Assembly: GCF_040938485.1 (NCBI RefSeq)
Contig: NW_027271340.1
Span: 2,046,001-2,110,000 of the forward strand
DNA length: 64,000 nt
DNA from: Diadema antillarum
Lineage: Eukaryota
Direction: 5' to 3'
A program made the translations under genes and the position numbers. Position 1 is the stretch's first letter; each line of letters opens with the position of its first letter. The notes under the pieces are model-generated. The model was not told the DNA's origin. It did not search any database and saw only the letters and a program-made list of their open reading frames with translations. This document shows, one piece after another, positions 10,833 to 22,651 of the stretch.

Positions 10833-11877
10833 ATTAGCACCACCGAACAAAGCAACATATGATGCATGTCTTGTAAAAGCAAAACAAACAGGAAGCATGA
10901 CCCTTGCCAGCACTAGCAATTTTCTGCCTTCAAAAGGGTCGCCAATGATATAGACAAATCAACCACAATGAAAACGCGATTTGTAAAAGTGTAGATTCGC
11001 CATCGCTCCTGTTACATGCACACGGTCATGGCGTGTGGATGCCATTGCGTAATGCGTGCACCAAATACACATGTACATGTACACCATACAGCTGTACGTG
11101 CAATGATCGTATTCGCCATCTTGAAAGACGTACTGTAAACAAACCCGAGCGAAACGCATTGTTTTTCGACTCCATACGCTGAGCTCCGAGGAAGGTGCCC
11201 GGGAAATTTGACTCTCTCAGTGAGCCAATCAGAAGGCGATGTGGTTGCTAGAGGCGGAGCTTAACATCGATTGGCACCATCGTACGGATGGGTGATTCTC
11301 CCCTCGTATCGCCGCTCGGACATTGTCTTTGAGAAAGAGGTGAATCTTCAAAGCCTGGTTTCTCGCAATTTTGACAGGCTAACAACTTAAAAAGTGCATT
11401 TTATTTCTCTTTCTATGCCCACTTATGGTGCCGAAGAATACAAGTGTTTTATATCAATGCAAAGCTTAGAAAATGGACAATGTGATTCAGTCAAAAAATG
11501 AATTTTCAAAATTCCTGACTTTTGCCTGAAACCGTTGTCGCCGGTCACATATGAATAATCATCACATCACAGATGCTTATCTCAGTGAATTAACAAACCA
11601 AAATGCCTGTTGTCACAAATGACCTTTTTCTGCTCATGTGCAAAGTGGAACTACGAACTGGTCTATTGAACTGGACTCTCCTAACCTATCCAAATATTGG
11701 AAAGAAAGCACACACTCTGGAAAAGTGTGAACTGAGAAAAGAGGCTCTGAAGTACAAGGTCTATCTGTCTATTCAACCGCTTAATCTTTACCAAACCATG
11801 CTAGCTGTGCGGTGAATGGGACAAAAAACAGGGTGTAAACCACCAGAGTAACAACAATGAAGGGATTATCAGATTAA

Positions 11878-12333
11878 AGGGGCATTCCGGACGATTTTCA
11901 TAATTTCACATCACGTAGTACATAAATCAACAGCTCCATAGATTCGTGGAATTTATTGTTGCCTTTGAGCAGAGAAACCAATAAAATGAAAATCTTAAAC
12001 AAATTACACTGAACAGTGTTGATGACATCAGAGCCTCACATATTTCAGAAATGTAGCAGTGTAATTCCATTACAATACCACCCGCTTAACAAGTTCACCT
12101 GTGAAGAATCTATGCATGCCTTATTCTTTTGTTCTGCTTCCTTGAGCCTCAACTCATGCATTCTTATGGTGAGGCTGCCATGTCATCATCCTTGTTCATT
12201 ACAATTTGTTATAAATTTTGGAAACATTCTCATTCCTCATCCCAATCACTATAAATTCAGAAACTCTGTACTCGGTTTAACTAATTTATAGTTGTTCAGG
12301 TGTAAAAGTCTGAAAATCATCCAGAGGTCCCCT
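11878..12333. mobile_element. Kolobok-like MITE
   Basis: TTAA|AGGGGCATTCCGGACGATTTTCA...TGAAAATCATCCAGAGGTCCCCT|TTAA: TTAA TSD, RR...YY ends, imperfect 23-bp TIR. Confidence 0.7.
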
Positions 12334-14145
12334 TTAAACTGAAATTACACATGCTCTATCAACACATTCTGTCCATCATTAATGCCAACTTTCAAAGCAG
12401 TAGTGTTATCCCTTCAAAAGTTACTAGACTTGAAAGTGAAAAGTGTGCAAAGGGTCATCAAGAAATGAAAAGGGGCCTCTAAGACATACATGATCTCTCT
12501 ACTCTACAAAAAAAAAAAAGTTGTAGAAAAATTGCTGAAAATGCACTTTCCCATTCATATAATGATCCCAAACTTAAGAATAATGTAGAAGAAGGGTAGC
12601 TGTTTCAGAAAATATGAAAAACCCAAATATTGACTTGGTTGACCCGCTTCACCTTTTTTGAGTCCTCACATAAAATCAAGGGGTGCGACTTTTTGTTTGT
12701 TTTGTGATGCACAGTCACATATCTCAGTGAGTAAGAGTCAGGCCATTGCACCTGTTTGGCAAAAGCCCACTCTGAGAGCTCCATAAGATATACACCACAA
12801 AGGGGTTGACAACAACTAATAACATGTGGCAAATTCCCTCACACACTTACACCTAGAATCATTCTAAGGTGTGATACATTGCAAACAATGAACAGTAAAC
12901 TGCCTCAGATAATTTTCCTTGACGAGTACTGGGCATATTTTGATAACAATCTTATCATACAAAGTAGTGAAACTATCATCAGCAAAATGGACATGATTTG
13001 CTTGCTGTTGTATCTTCAGGGGCTTGTAGAGGTATACAATTGAGTGCAATTCACCCTTAGACTTATCATGCTCAGTTTATCACAATAAATCAGTACTGAG
13101 AGTATATCAAAATGGTGATTTTTCTTTCGGCACATGTGGAATTTACATTAAAAATGTGCATAAATGCGATTCCACTGAAAATGCCAGACTGACCAAATTT
13201 GACAATATTCATATTATCCGTAATCTTCTATACGTGTCAATCTAATTAAAAAAATAAAATCATCAGGGATCAAACTTTGATCACTTCTTTCTTCTTTATA
13301 AAAGGCAATTAACATGTTATACAAGCATTAAAAAACAGCAAAACATAAGTTGAAAGCTCCACTCAACAAGCATAACGACAATCATTTGATCTGAAAAGTG
13401 CTACTGTGAGACCCCTTTAAAGTGTCCGCAAACAGAAATCTATGACATCATCACTCGGCAGGTCTCTGCATGGTGTGCCAGAAGGATAATTCATCCTTGC
13501 ATTGTGAAAAAGGAAGTGAGCCTTACATTTACAAAAAGCTGACCCAGGAGGAAGAAAAGAAAACAAAAAAAATAGATATTTACCACTTCAAATTTTACAA
13601 ACAAGTGCTTTGTATTCAGACTCTCAGTTTGAAGTCCATACACAGTTTCTTTTTATAAACTAATACATTTTACCATGACATTTTGTTGTTGTTGTTTTTT
13701 CTACCAAGGATTAGAGGAACTATGCAAAGTAAATGCATAACTTGTATCAATTCATAATATCCTCATCATCACTTCCATGTGGCAATAGATTATGTAAATA
13801 CAAACCATATATTTTGGAATATTCTTCTACCATTTTCTTCAGATTACTTGGATACACCCACACACACACACACAAATAAAAAAAAAAAAAACCACCTTCC
13901 AAACGAGGATTCTGCAAGTGAAATACCAATGAAATTGATATACACAGCACCAGGTTCGCGCATGGAACAGGTCATACATAAGTAAACATGGAAACATGTA
14001 GGTTATGCTGAGCCTTGGGAAAGGTACCTTCATGTGCCTTTTGTTATCAATCAGTACTTTATAGCAATGATTGTAGGCTATACAAGTAATCTGAAGAAAA
14101 GTAGGAGAAAAAGTTATAACAAAATACATGGCACATATTGAGATA

Positions 14146-14332
14146 CAGTGGACTCCCGTTCTAACAAAGTCCTCAGAACCGGCAGTTTTCTTTCACTATA
14201 CCGAAATTTCATTATAACCAGACAAATAACCAATAAAAATACATAGAGTGGATAAATGTTGAGGCCTGAATTTTGACTTTGTTGTAACCAGAATTTTGTT
14301 ATAATCGTGTTTGTTATAGTGGAAGTGCACTG
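14146..14332. mobile_element. Tc1/mariner (pogo-like) MITE
   Basis: TA|CAGTGGACTCCCGTT...GAAGTGCACTG|TA. Related to 26847-27379. Confidence 0.6.
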
Positions 14333-14676
14333 TATTCATGTGGCCACACATAAGTGATGTTGAGGGTATCGTGAATCAACACAAGTCAACATGCATTATA
14401 CGTATTACATACAGTAAAACAGAAAAAAATCACATGCATGAAACTTTCGTTAATTTCACGAGGAGCCAAGATTCATGAAAGTATAGTGCGCACAAAAGTT
14501 GACCAAATCCCTGTATTAGTAGTACATGTAGTACACTCTTATTTTTTTCATGGTTAACAATTTGCAGAAGTTTCATGCCGCAAAAAAAGGCAGTTGGGTC
14601 CAATATTCAAAAGTTTCATGATGCGAATATTTCTGGTTTTACAGTTAGTTCCTGTAAATGAATTTGATGAACTTAC

Positions 14677-17600
14677 AATTCTGGCAGTTAGGTCATCTCT
14701 GACACGAATGAAGTCCAGCTTTTTTGTCTCCCCCTCGCTGTAGTTGAGGAGTGGTGCAATGACGGCCGCTGCGTGCCGGATTCCAGGAACGCTGAACATG
14801 TCCTTGAAAATGGAGGAGTAGTGCTGCGACAACTGCTTGCAGTTTCCACTGTTCGGGTAGAGGATCTCCCTGGATGATTCGGCCACATACAGGGTAACAG
14901 GGCCTATGCAAGGAGGGGTACAGTTTAAATTCAGTGATTTTGATTTGGGATTGGATACATTTCACTCTGTAAAAGTGGAAATTTTTGTGGTGTTGAAATT
15001 TTCGCGCATTTCGCGCAACCAGAAACTAGCGCGAAAAAAAAGCATACGAATATTTTTGCTTGCCATATGTTCCTGTGCGTGATGTCTTGATTCCACGGAA
15101 TTAAAAACACGCAAAACTCTTCTTACCGGGCCAAGCGTGAAAAATTAGTTGCGCGAAAATATCCACTTTTACAGTAGTCACTAAAGAAGATAGCGGATGC
15201 TTATCAGCAGGGCAACCGTGGGGATGACAGCGTAAGTCCAAGATATTCACAGAATACAATTTAGCAGAGGCGTAAACCCAACATAAATCCTTTTGTATCT
15301 GGAATTCAACTCCAGGCTATAGAATGATGAATTGTGTTGCTGGCAGTAATATGTTCAATACTGGATACGTCACTGCAGGTATTATGGATCTTAATTTCAA
15401 AACAACAGATTACGATTCATTCCTTGTTGCCATGATACTTATGAAGTCACTGACGAGTCAGTGACGTACTCCAAATCCAAAGTTGCATTCATAGAATAAG
15501 TAAAACAAAATCTATGGACAAGAAGAATATAATAGATCCGCTACACACAATCTTTTTCTTCATAAAATCCACTCCATTTCCTTTGCTTCAATACCCTTGA
15601 ATATATCAGGATCTATCAAGTCTATGGAGGCAGCAATAATGGAGACTGCTTTAATCACAACACACTACATTCACTCTCTGACTAGACTTTTTGACTTTGT
15701 TACAGAGAAGTACAAGTGCTTCTCACATAATTGCAAGAAAGTCATACATATTGTACGTTATCTCTTCTTTGTTTGAGCTATGTTTCCTTCCACGTATATT
15801 TTAACCATGGATAAGCCTCACCTTTCTGGGATGCCATGTCCTGGCCGTACAGACCACCTAACAAACAGCCTAGAGATTGTAATGTCCGGTGGATGTTTGT
15901 TGATCTTGTGCTACAAAAGGAGCAAAAATCCAAGTATTATTTCATCATTTTTTGCACTCTTGGTATTAAACACTAATCTTTAATCCACGAATACCTCTCA
16001 TCCATCCTAACATTTGAAAATTAAAAAACAATAAATAGGAATAAAATCTCCACACAATCAACATTAATAACTGCACTTTCAATCAAGTCAATCATGTTCT
16101 GGTAAACAAGTATTTGCTATTATGAAATCCATTTACAACTATTTCTGAATACAGAAGAAATTCTTCTTCATCAAGTACAACTCATAAATTCACCATACTT
16201 CACAATAAGGCATTACACTTTCTCATCCTTGGCAAACACAGACTACAATGAATTTCAAAGCTCTAATCAATGCAAATAGGAATATTCATCAGATGCAAGA
16301 CAAGTTCATGAAGCATCCTTAGTTATTTCATTTTTAGCTACTTTACAGCTAGGGATTGCAATGACACACTACCTTTGTCTCTCACTACAAATGCTTCAAA
16401 AGCAGTTAAGTTATTCCAAAGTGAGGGAAAAGTGGTAGACAGTGTTATGACATGAAAGCAGACTATGTGCCTGCTCACACTTACTAGACAAGTTCCGGGC
16501 TGAATTCGGCAGGTAAAAAGTGAAGATTGTCAATGTAATGCTTCCTGAGGCTGGTTCCAAGCTGGTGGGCTTGCTTCATCCCCTTCGCTGTCAGCTGACC
16601 TCCGTATGACCCACCCTGAAAGACAACACACCGGGTCAGAATTGGGCATGCTAACTAGGAAGCAATATTAAGACACCATAGGATGTTTATCGGTTCTCTC
16701 TTTGCTCATTCCCTCTAGTCCTTTCTCCCCCTCTTTCTTTCTCTATCTATCTATCTATCTATCTATCTACCTATTAAGCTATTGATTCCTAATAGCATAT
16801 TCCAGTTATTCCAAAATGAAAATGCAGAATATCTCTCTACAAAATCACAATTACAACAAATCACATTATACATATTTTGATTTACTTTACAAACAAGTTG
16901 TTCATAGAAAATAGAATTAGACGGATTTCTGATCTCAGAAAAAATGAAATTTTGGTGAAAAGAGATGGCCACTATCTTAAAATAACAAACAGATAAAACT
17001 ATACACACAGCACTTTACAACTTAGAAGATAATGCTAATTAGACTTGCCCTGAGTGTTCTCCTCCTGTAGTGATTCTCAGTGTGCCACACTGGCTGCTCC
17101 CCTCCTTCCAGATCGCACACGTTGTAGTCGATACATAGATCCGATGCTCCTCCAAAGATGGTGCTCTTATCCCAGTATGCCTGAGACCAGAACAATGAAT
17201 GAATGAATGAATGAATGAATGAATGAATGAATGAATGAGTTGAATCAATGAACAAGTAAGTGAGAGCACATAAAAATACCTGTATTAATGAAATGCATGT
17301 ACAAATGAACATACAAAACAATAAACAAAGGAATGAATAAGTGATAAACAAGTAAATCCACAGATAATGATACATCACCATGCTGTAAGAGGTAAAACAC
17401 AAGTGGTATAATTTCCTTTAGGTGCAATACATGAACAAGCATGAGGATAGAACTCAGAAAATGCCAAAGCAAATCCTGACTTTGCTAATTCTCATCTGTG
17501 AATGTCTTCTTATTGTCTCTCATAATATCTTCCTTTGCTCTTCAATCTTTTGTCTATTTTCATGCCTCATCTCAGTTTCTCATCTTCTCCCATTTTTTTT

Positions 17601-20600
17601 TTACTGTTCCCTTCAGTGCTATAGTCCATGAATTTTCTCTAGTGTATTTCTTAGAACTGCTACCTCTGAAAACCACAACAAACTAAAAGGAAAGTACGCA
17701 AGAACAGTGATCTCATGATTTCAGAGACTCACAGTACAAGACAGACTGGTGCTGGGCCAACTGTCACAACATGTCATGGTGCTAGCTTTCACTCTGAAAG
17801 CAAACTGAGTTGTTCCAGTGCAGTGCCGAGTGATACAGTGAAGCAATAACAACAGAAAATGCCTTTGGATATTGTGATACAAGCAGTAAGTTGAAAACAC
17901 ATTAAATTCATGTACATGTCTTGCAGAAATCAACCTCAAGATCCTAAGTGAATGATTGTTGACATGTATGAAGTCTCATCATGTTGTACATGTATGTGCA
18001 TATTTGTCCTGGATCCTATGGTTTTCTGAAATTCCCACAAATTTTGTACTTGACACAACATAATTCTAGTACTGGTAAGCAAAGGGTTAGATCTTTATAT
18101 GTGCTTAATGCTTTGAGCTGTCAGCCATCTTATTGGCATTAAATGGCCAATCATGCCCAAAATCTGGCTGTAAAAAGGGTTAGATGACCAACTCAAGTAT
18201 ATAATGATACCGAAGTCCTAGACAAAGGTCCTTTAATTGTGACACAATAGGAATTACAAGGACAGAGCAATACTTATCAAGTTGACAGTAATTGTGCTGA
18301 CCCACAGAGAAGGCTTGCCAGCAGATGAACTCATTGGCGATACAAGCAGTTAGGGTAATAATTCAAATTGTATTATGAATATTCAAAGAACATACATTAC
18401 ATTATTCTCCATGCCCCAGGGCCTATCAATACATTGTTCAGTGTGCTACTGTATAGCAATGTGCATTTAGCGTATCAATTCAATCAGCAGAGCATAACAC
18501 TTAATCTTCTTTTGTCTGTTCTCTGTTCATTCATCTTTCAGCTTTAATATCTTTTTGCTCACCCACCATGCCTTTTTATTTGCCTTCTATCCTACAGCCT
18601 CTGTCTCTATTTGTTTTCTTCCTTTCTAATTACATTTCATGTTGTCTTTGCTTTTTGTTTTTTTTTTCTTCTCTTTTTCTTGTCTTAACTTCTTTCATTC
18701 TAACCAGGGCTAGAACTTGCATTTTGTATGTGTGTGCTATTAAAATACTGTCATGCAGTTTCGTATCCAATCGCTGTCTCATTACCTCAAGTTCAGATGC
18801 ATCAAACTTGCAAAAAATATATTCATTATTAAATGTATCAAATCATTCAAGGAAGTTTGAAATACATTGCATTAATCTGCCATTATGGAAACTGCCGATT
18901 CAGCTTCAGTATTCGGCCTTAGCGCTTATTATTTAACACAAGGCTGTATCTACAAAAAAAAAAAAAAAAGCTGTGGTTGATCTATAGATAACCATTGTGC
19001 TATGTTAACGTAACAAATGCATCGTTTGCATACTAGAATCGACCACAGCTGGGTGTATCATACGGTCCTCCCCAGGGACGTTGCCAAAAATTGATACCAA
19101 ATCGACACTTTCAGTAATCCAATGAAGACGTCTATGTAGCTCATTCACAGCAAAGACCTGATACATGTTAGTAAAAATTTTTACAATTTTTGATGCAGCT
19201 CATTTGTCTATAAAGTTGATATGCTTTCTAATTTCTGACACTGCATGAGACTCAGAGAGCCCGTTTTTTTTTTTCCCTTGGGGCCTTGGCTAATGCACTT
19301 TAAATATAATTAAATAGATGTCTATTACTAGTCTACAAAGACTAAACTTATCATCATCAGTTCTTCTTCTGATCCATAGACCATTTACTCCTTCACCTTC
19401 TTCCTTTCTTTTACAGTTTTGTAAATTGTACATGTAACATATGTCTGTCTCTTCCGTCCTATTGCTGTAGACACTGGAATATATGTGCAGTTGGTTCATC
19501 ATTTACAAAAAAAAAAATGTTGCAGTACCATTACCAATTTACAAGACTGACAGAAAATAGACTCATTTAAGTTTTACATTCTGATGAGTTAATTCACAAT
19601 ACAGCAGACACAGTAGGCCCTACAGTATAAACAGGGCACTACATGACTTAGTACTGTATCACTATCCCTGACTAACTATACACAGTCCAGTCGCTGTACA
19701 TGGTAAACGTTTTCGCATAGAGTAGTAACAGCGTCTGGTCGGGCTACACTATCACCTGAGTAACTGTAAACTCAGTTCGGGAAACCCACTCACAAGGGGG
19801 GCCCCTCCTTATAAGTAACCCGTCCCCCTTATAAGTAACCCCGTCCCCCTTATAAGTAACCCCCGGGGCACCCCTTATAAGGAGTCTCCACGCTTTTTTG
19901 CAATGCAACGCGAAAATGAAAGGACTGCGGCAATTCGCTTGATTATGTCCATAAAGCTTCACAAGTTTCCTAGTTACTCACGAAATTTGAGCAAAATCGG
20001 TTTGAGGCATCATATCTAAAATCATGGATTTAAATGCGATGTCAAACGACCCATGCGAATGCTGAAATGCGAGCGATTACTGGCGTGAGTGTCGCCAGTC
20101 GCGGCGGGGCGGCAATGCTTGAGCGCAGACGTGGCGACTGAGTACGTTACTCAGTCGCCACGTCTGCACTCAAGCATTGCCGCGCCGCCGCGCCTGGCGA
20201 CACTCACGCCAGTAATCGCTTGCATTTCAGCATTCGCATGGGTCGTTTGACATCGCATTTAAATCCATGATTTTAGATATGATGCCTCAAACCGATTTTG
20301 CTCAAATTTCGTGAGTAACTAGGAAACTTGTGAAGCTTTATGGACATAATCAAGCGAATTGCCGCAGTCCTTTCATTTTCGCGTTGCATTGCAAAAAAGC
20401 GTGGAGACTCCTTATAAGGGGTGCCCCGGGGGTTACTTATAAGGGGGACGGGGTTACTTATAAGGGGGACGGGTTACTTATAAGGAGGGGCCCCCCTTGT
20501 GAGTGGGTTTCCCGAACTGAACTAGTATCATGGTCAGATCACATCAGTGCAGTGATTTATTCTGCAAATTGAACCACTATTTACATGGATAGGTCGTAGG

Positions 20601-20900
20601 GCCGTCAATAGTACTTCTATAGTCGATATCACCACTCACCTCTTCAACATTCGGGATTGAATTGAGCGGCGTCCTCGCACCATGCCTGAAGAATATTTGA
20701 ACAAATTTCAGTTCTAGGTCATCTCTCGGTAACACCGGTATCATGGTCTCTTGTGCCCCCGAAGCTCCCGGCGGGTTGTTGCCACCACCGGCCGCTACTG
20801 GTGAGCGGACGATATTGCTGCCAAAATACGCTGAAACACCTCCAAAAGTTGTACCCAATAGGACAGCTCCTACAGGCAGTGCTCTTCTGAAAAACGACAT
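14677..20900 (-). CDS. ACP6: Lysophosphatidic acid phosphatase type 6 (histidine acid phosphatase), 5'-part. Exons 20900-20640, 17180-17049, 16615-16485, 15910-15822, 14903-14677; 3' exons not found in the window
   Basis: RHGARTP active-site motif in LELKFVQIFFRHGARTPL, followed by GGSYGGQLTAKGMKQAHQLGTSLRKHY, YTRSTNIHRTLQSLGCLLGGLY and ILYPNSGNC, all matching the ACP6 layout. Exon lengths 261/132/131/89/227 give consistent phases. All introns are GT-AG except intron 2 (GC-AG). The N-terminus is basic/hydrophobic, like a mitochondrial targeting sequence. Confidence 0.88.
14967..15174. mobile_element. Tc1/mariner-type MITE, inverted copy of 515-721
   Basis: CTGTAAAAGTGGA...ATCCACTTTTACAG; internal sequence is the reverse complement of 515-721. 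Confidence 0.75.
17194..17238. repeat. (GAAT)n / (TCAT)n microsatellite just upstream of the ACP6 exon 2 acceptor
   Basis: About 11 tandem GAAT units visible. Confidence 0.95.
19683..19746. mobile_element. Small hairpin MITE (CAGYCCAGTCGCTG...CAGCGTCTGGTCGGGCTA); similar copies at ~23135-23192 and ~62300-62357
   Basis: Shared terminal sequences in three places; boundaries uncertain. Confidence 0.5.
19773..20519. mobile_element. Fold-back palindromic DNA element A (747 bp)
   Basis: 372-bp arms with about 4 mismatches around a 3-nt centre (20145-20147). Ends CAGTTCGGGAAACCC...GGGTTTCCCGAACTG. 4-bp TSD AACT on both sides. Repeated CTTATAAG subterminal motifs. Confidence 0.9.
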
Positions 20901-21935
20901 ATCTGTTAATAAGTGTTTATGTTTTACAATGGAACGTTTATCAAATAGAAGATTACTATCGTTGCACACACGTCCTTCAGTCCGAACCAGGTACGTAAAA
21001 TAGCCTGCAATGCACGTTTAACTCCGCGATGATGCGACCGATCCGCTGCCGATTATTACCACAGTTACACACGTTAGAAATCGCATCGTGGTCGCATCGG
21101 TACGTCGTAGGCTGGACTACCGTGATGCATGACGAGGTGGTAAGATAGTTCTAGATCGATTGCTGAGATAGACTCAAAAGTAGTCGCTCAAAGTAGTCTG
21201 ATTTTGTGTATTTTTTTTTAATGAAAAAAGACTTAAAATCTACTATATTTAGCAATATTTATATTTACATAAATTTAGTAGAATGTATTTCTAAGGAAAT
21301 AATAGACGGAATAATAGATATATCATCATTCAATTAATGGGGATTAAAAAACACAGCGAAGAGCTCCAGCTAGCTGGGTAGCTGGTCCTGAGATGATTGA
21401 TTAAATGCGACAATGACACCGCTGAGGCGCTGACAGGGAACTGGTAAGATCACACCAAACCAATCTTTAGACTTTCAGTTCAAAGCATACCAGCATATCT
21501 AATGTCGATGTATCTTCATAGGCATGCCATCTTGATAATAATCCAACATTTATGTTGTTATAACTCGATGATTGAGTATGTAACATAACAATACATGCAG
21601 CACTGCCATGCCACTATGCACTATCTAGCACTGCCCTGGCTGGTCAGCACAGCAGATTCGATGTTCGGGTGTCCAGTCAGTCCGCAGCGCTGGCTAATCC
21701 CGTCTATTTTATCCAGCACGTATGCACGAGCGTGTCGCTGAGGTGTTCACAGCAGCAGCAACACAGCGAACGAGCCCCCAGCACTTGGGCGAGACATATG
21801 CCTGTTCACGTTTGCTTAATTCTGTAGGAGAGGCCAAAAATGGAAACGTGCTCATATGCCTATAGGCATTGAGATTTGCAAATTTGCCAAATCTATTTTA
21901 CAGAGAGGGAGAAATAATGTTGCACGTATTTGTTT

Positions 21936-22072
21936 NNNNNNNNNNNNNNNNNNNNNNNNNNNNNNNNNNNNNNNNNNNNNNNNNNNNNNNNNNNNNNNNN
22001 NNNNNNNNNNNNNNNNNNNNNNNNNNNNNNNNNNNNNNNNNNNNNNNNNNNNNNNNNNNNNNNNNNNNNNNN
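21936..22072. other. Assembly gap (137 N)
   Basis: Run of N. Confidence 1.
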
Positions 22073-22651
22073 GGGTCAAAAGACACCTCTGGCCCTCCCC
22101 CAGGGGTGTCTTTTGCCCCCCCCCCCCCCCCCCCCCCCAGCTTCAACAGGAACAATCTAGACCCTAAATGAAGAAACCTTGCTTCAGAATAAAGTCATGG
22201 GAGTTGTGATTTTTTCCAATTTTATTTTTTCAACTTTTTGCCTAGCTGTGGAGTGTGGTGCTTGAACTTTTTGTTTGTGTACCAACCAACCTAGCTAGCT
22301 CCTAAAACAACCATTTTAATATTACTACGTGTATTACTAAATATATTCATATTAACAAATCATGTCTGCTTTGTTATTTGACCGAAAGATCGGTCTGTAT
22401 CTGGTCGTCGGGGATATGTTCCGCGGAGACTCCTCCGGACAGACGGATATCTTTCTGGCTACTTTTTATTTGCCATAATTTACAGAAAAATATACTCGGT
22501 GTTCTAAGTTATATAGAGGACTAGTATTTAAGTCAGAGGAATAGGGAGATTGATATAGTCCATAGAAACGTGTGATGTGCTAGATAAATCAACGCTTTTA
22601 ATATCGTCTTTCGTTACAGCTTGCGTAGCATGATCACTGCACTGAACGATT

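Larger units (their letters stand above)
2771..11549. mobile_element. Non-autonomous TIR DNA transposon (~1.44 kb once the nested LTR element is removed)
   Basis: ~35-bp TIRs: TGTGACCCGCGACAACGGTTTCAGGCAAAAGTC at 2771 and its inverse ending at 11549. Flanked by TA on both sides. The two flanks join into one old repeat that is not interrupted at this point in the paralogous copy at 46320-46460. No transposase ORF. Confidence 0.7.

Noticed and set aside
13990-14038. Possible ACP6 exon 6 starting AHEGTFP
   Set aside because: Poor acceptor (no pyrimidine tract), an early stop and no further ACP6 similarity.
15380-16420. Sequence with the texture of ancient LINE remnants in ACP6 introns
   Set aside because: No RT or endonuclease motif could be read by eye; cannot be supported without a profile search.
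19744-20572. Identical ORFs on opposite strands (also 52612-53894)
   Set aside because: A by-product of the palindromes, not genes.
21770-21780. ACGAGCCCCCA, matching the tRNA-Pro 3' end (PBS-like)
   Set aside because: No adjacent LTR end or tRNA cloverleaf; an 11-nt match is plausible by chance.
21852-22171. ORFs spanning N runs (also 43716-44061)
   Set aside because: Artefacts of assembly gaps.
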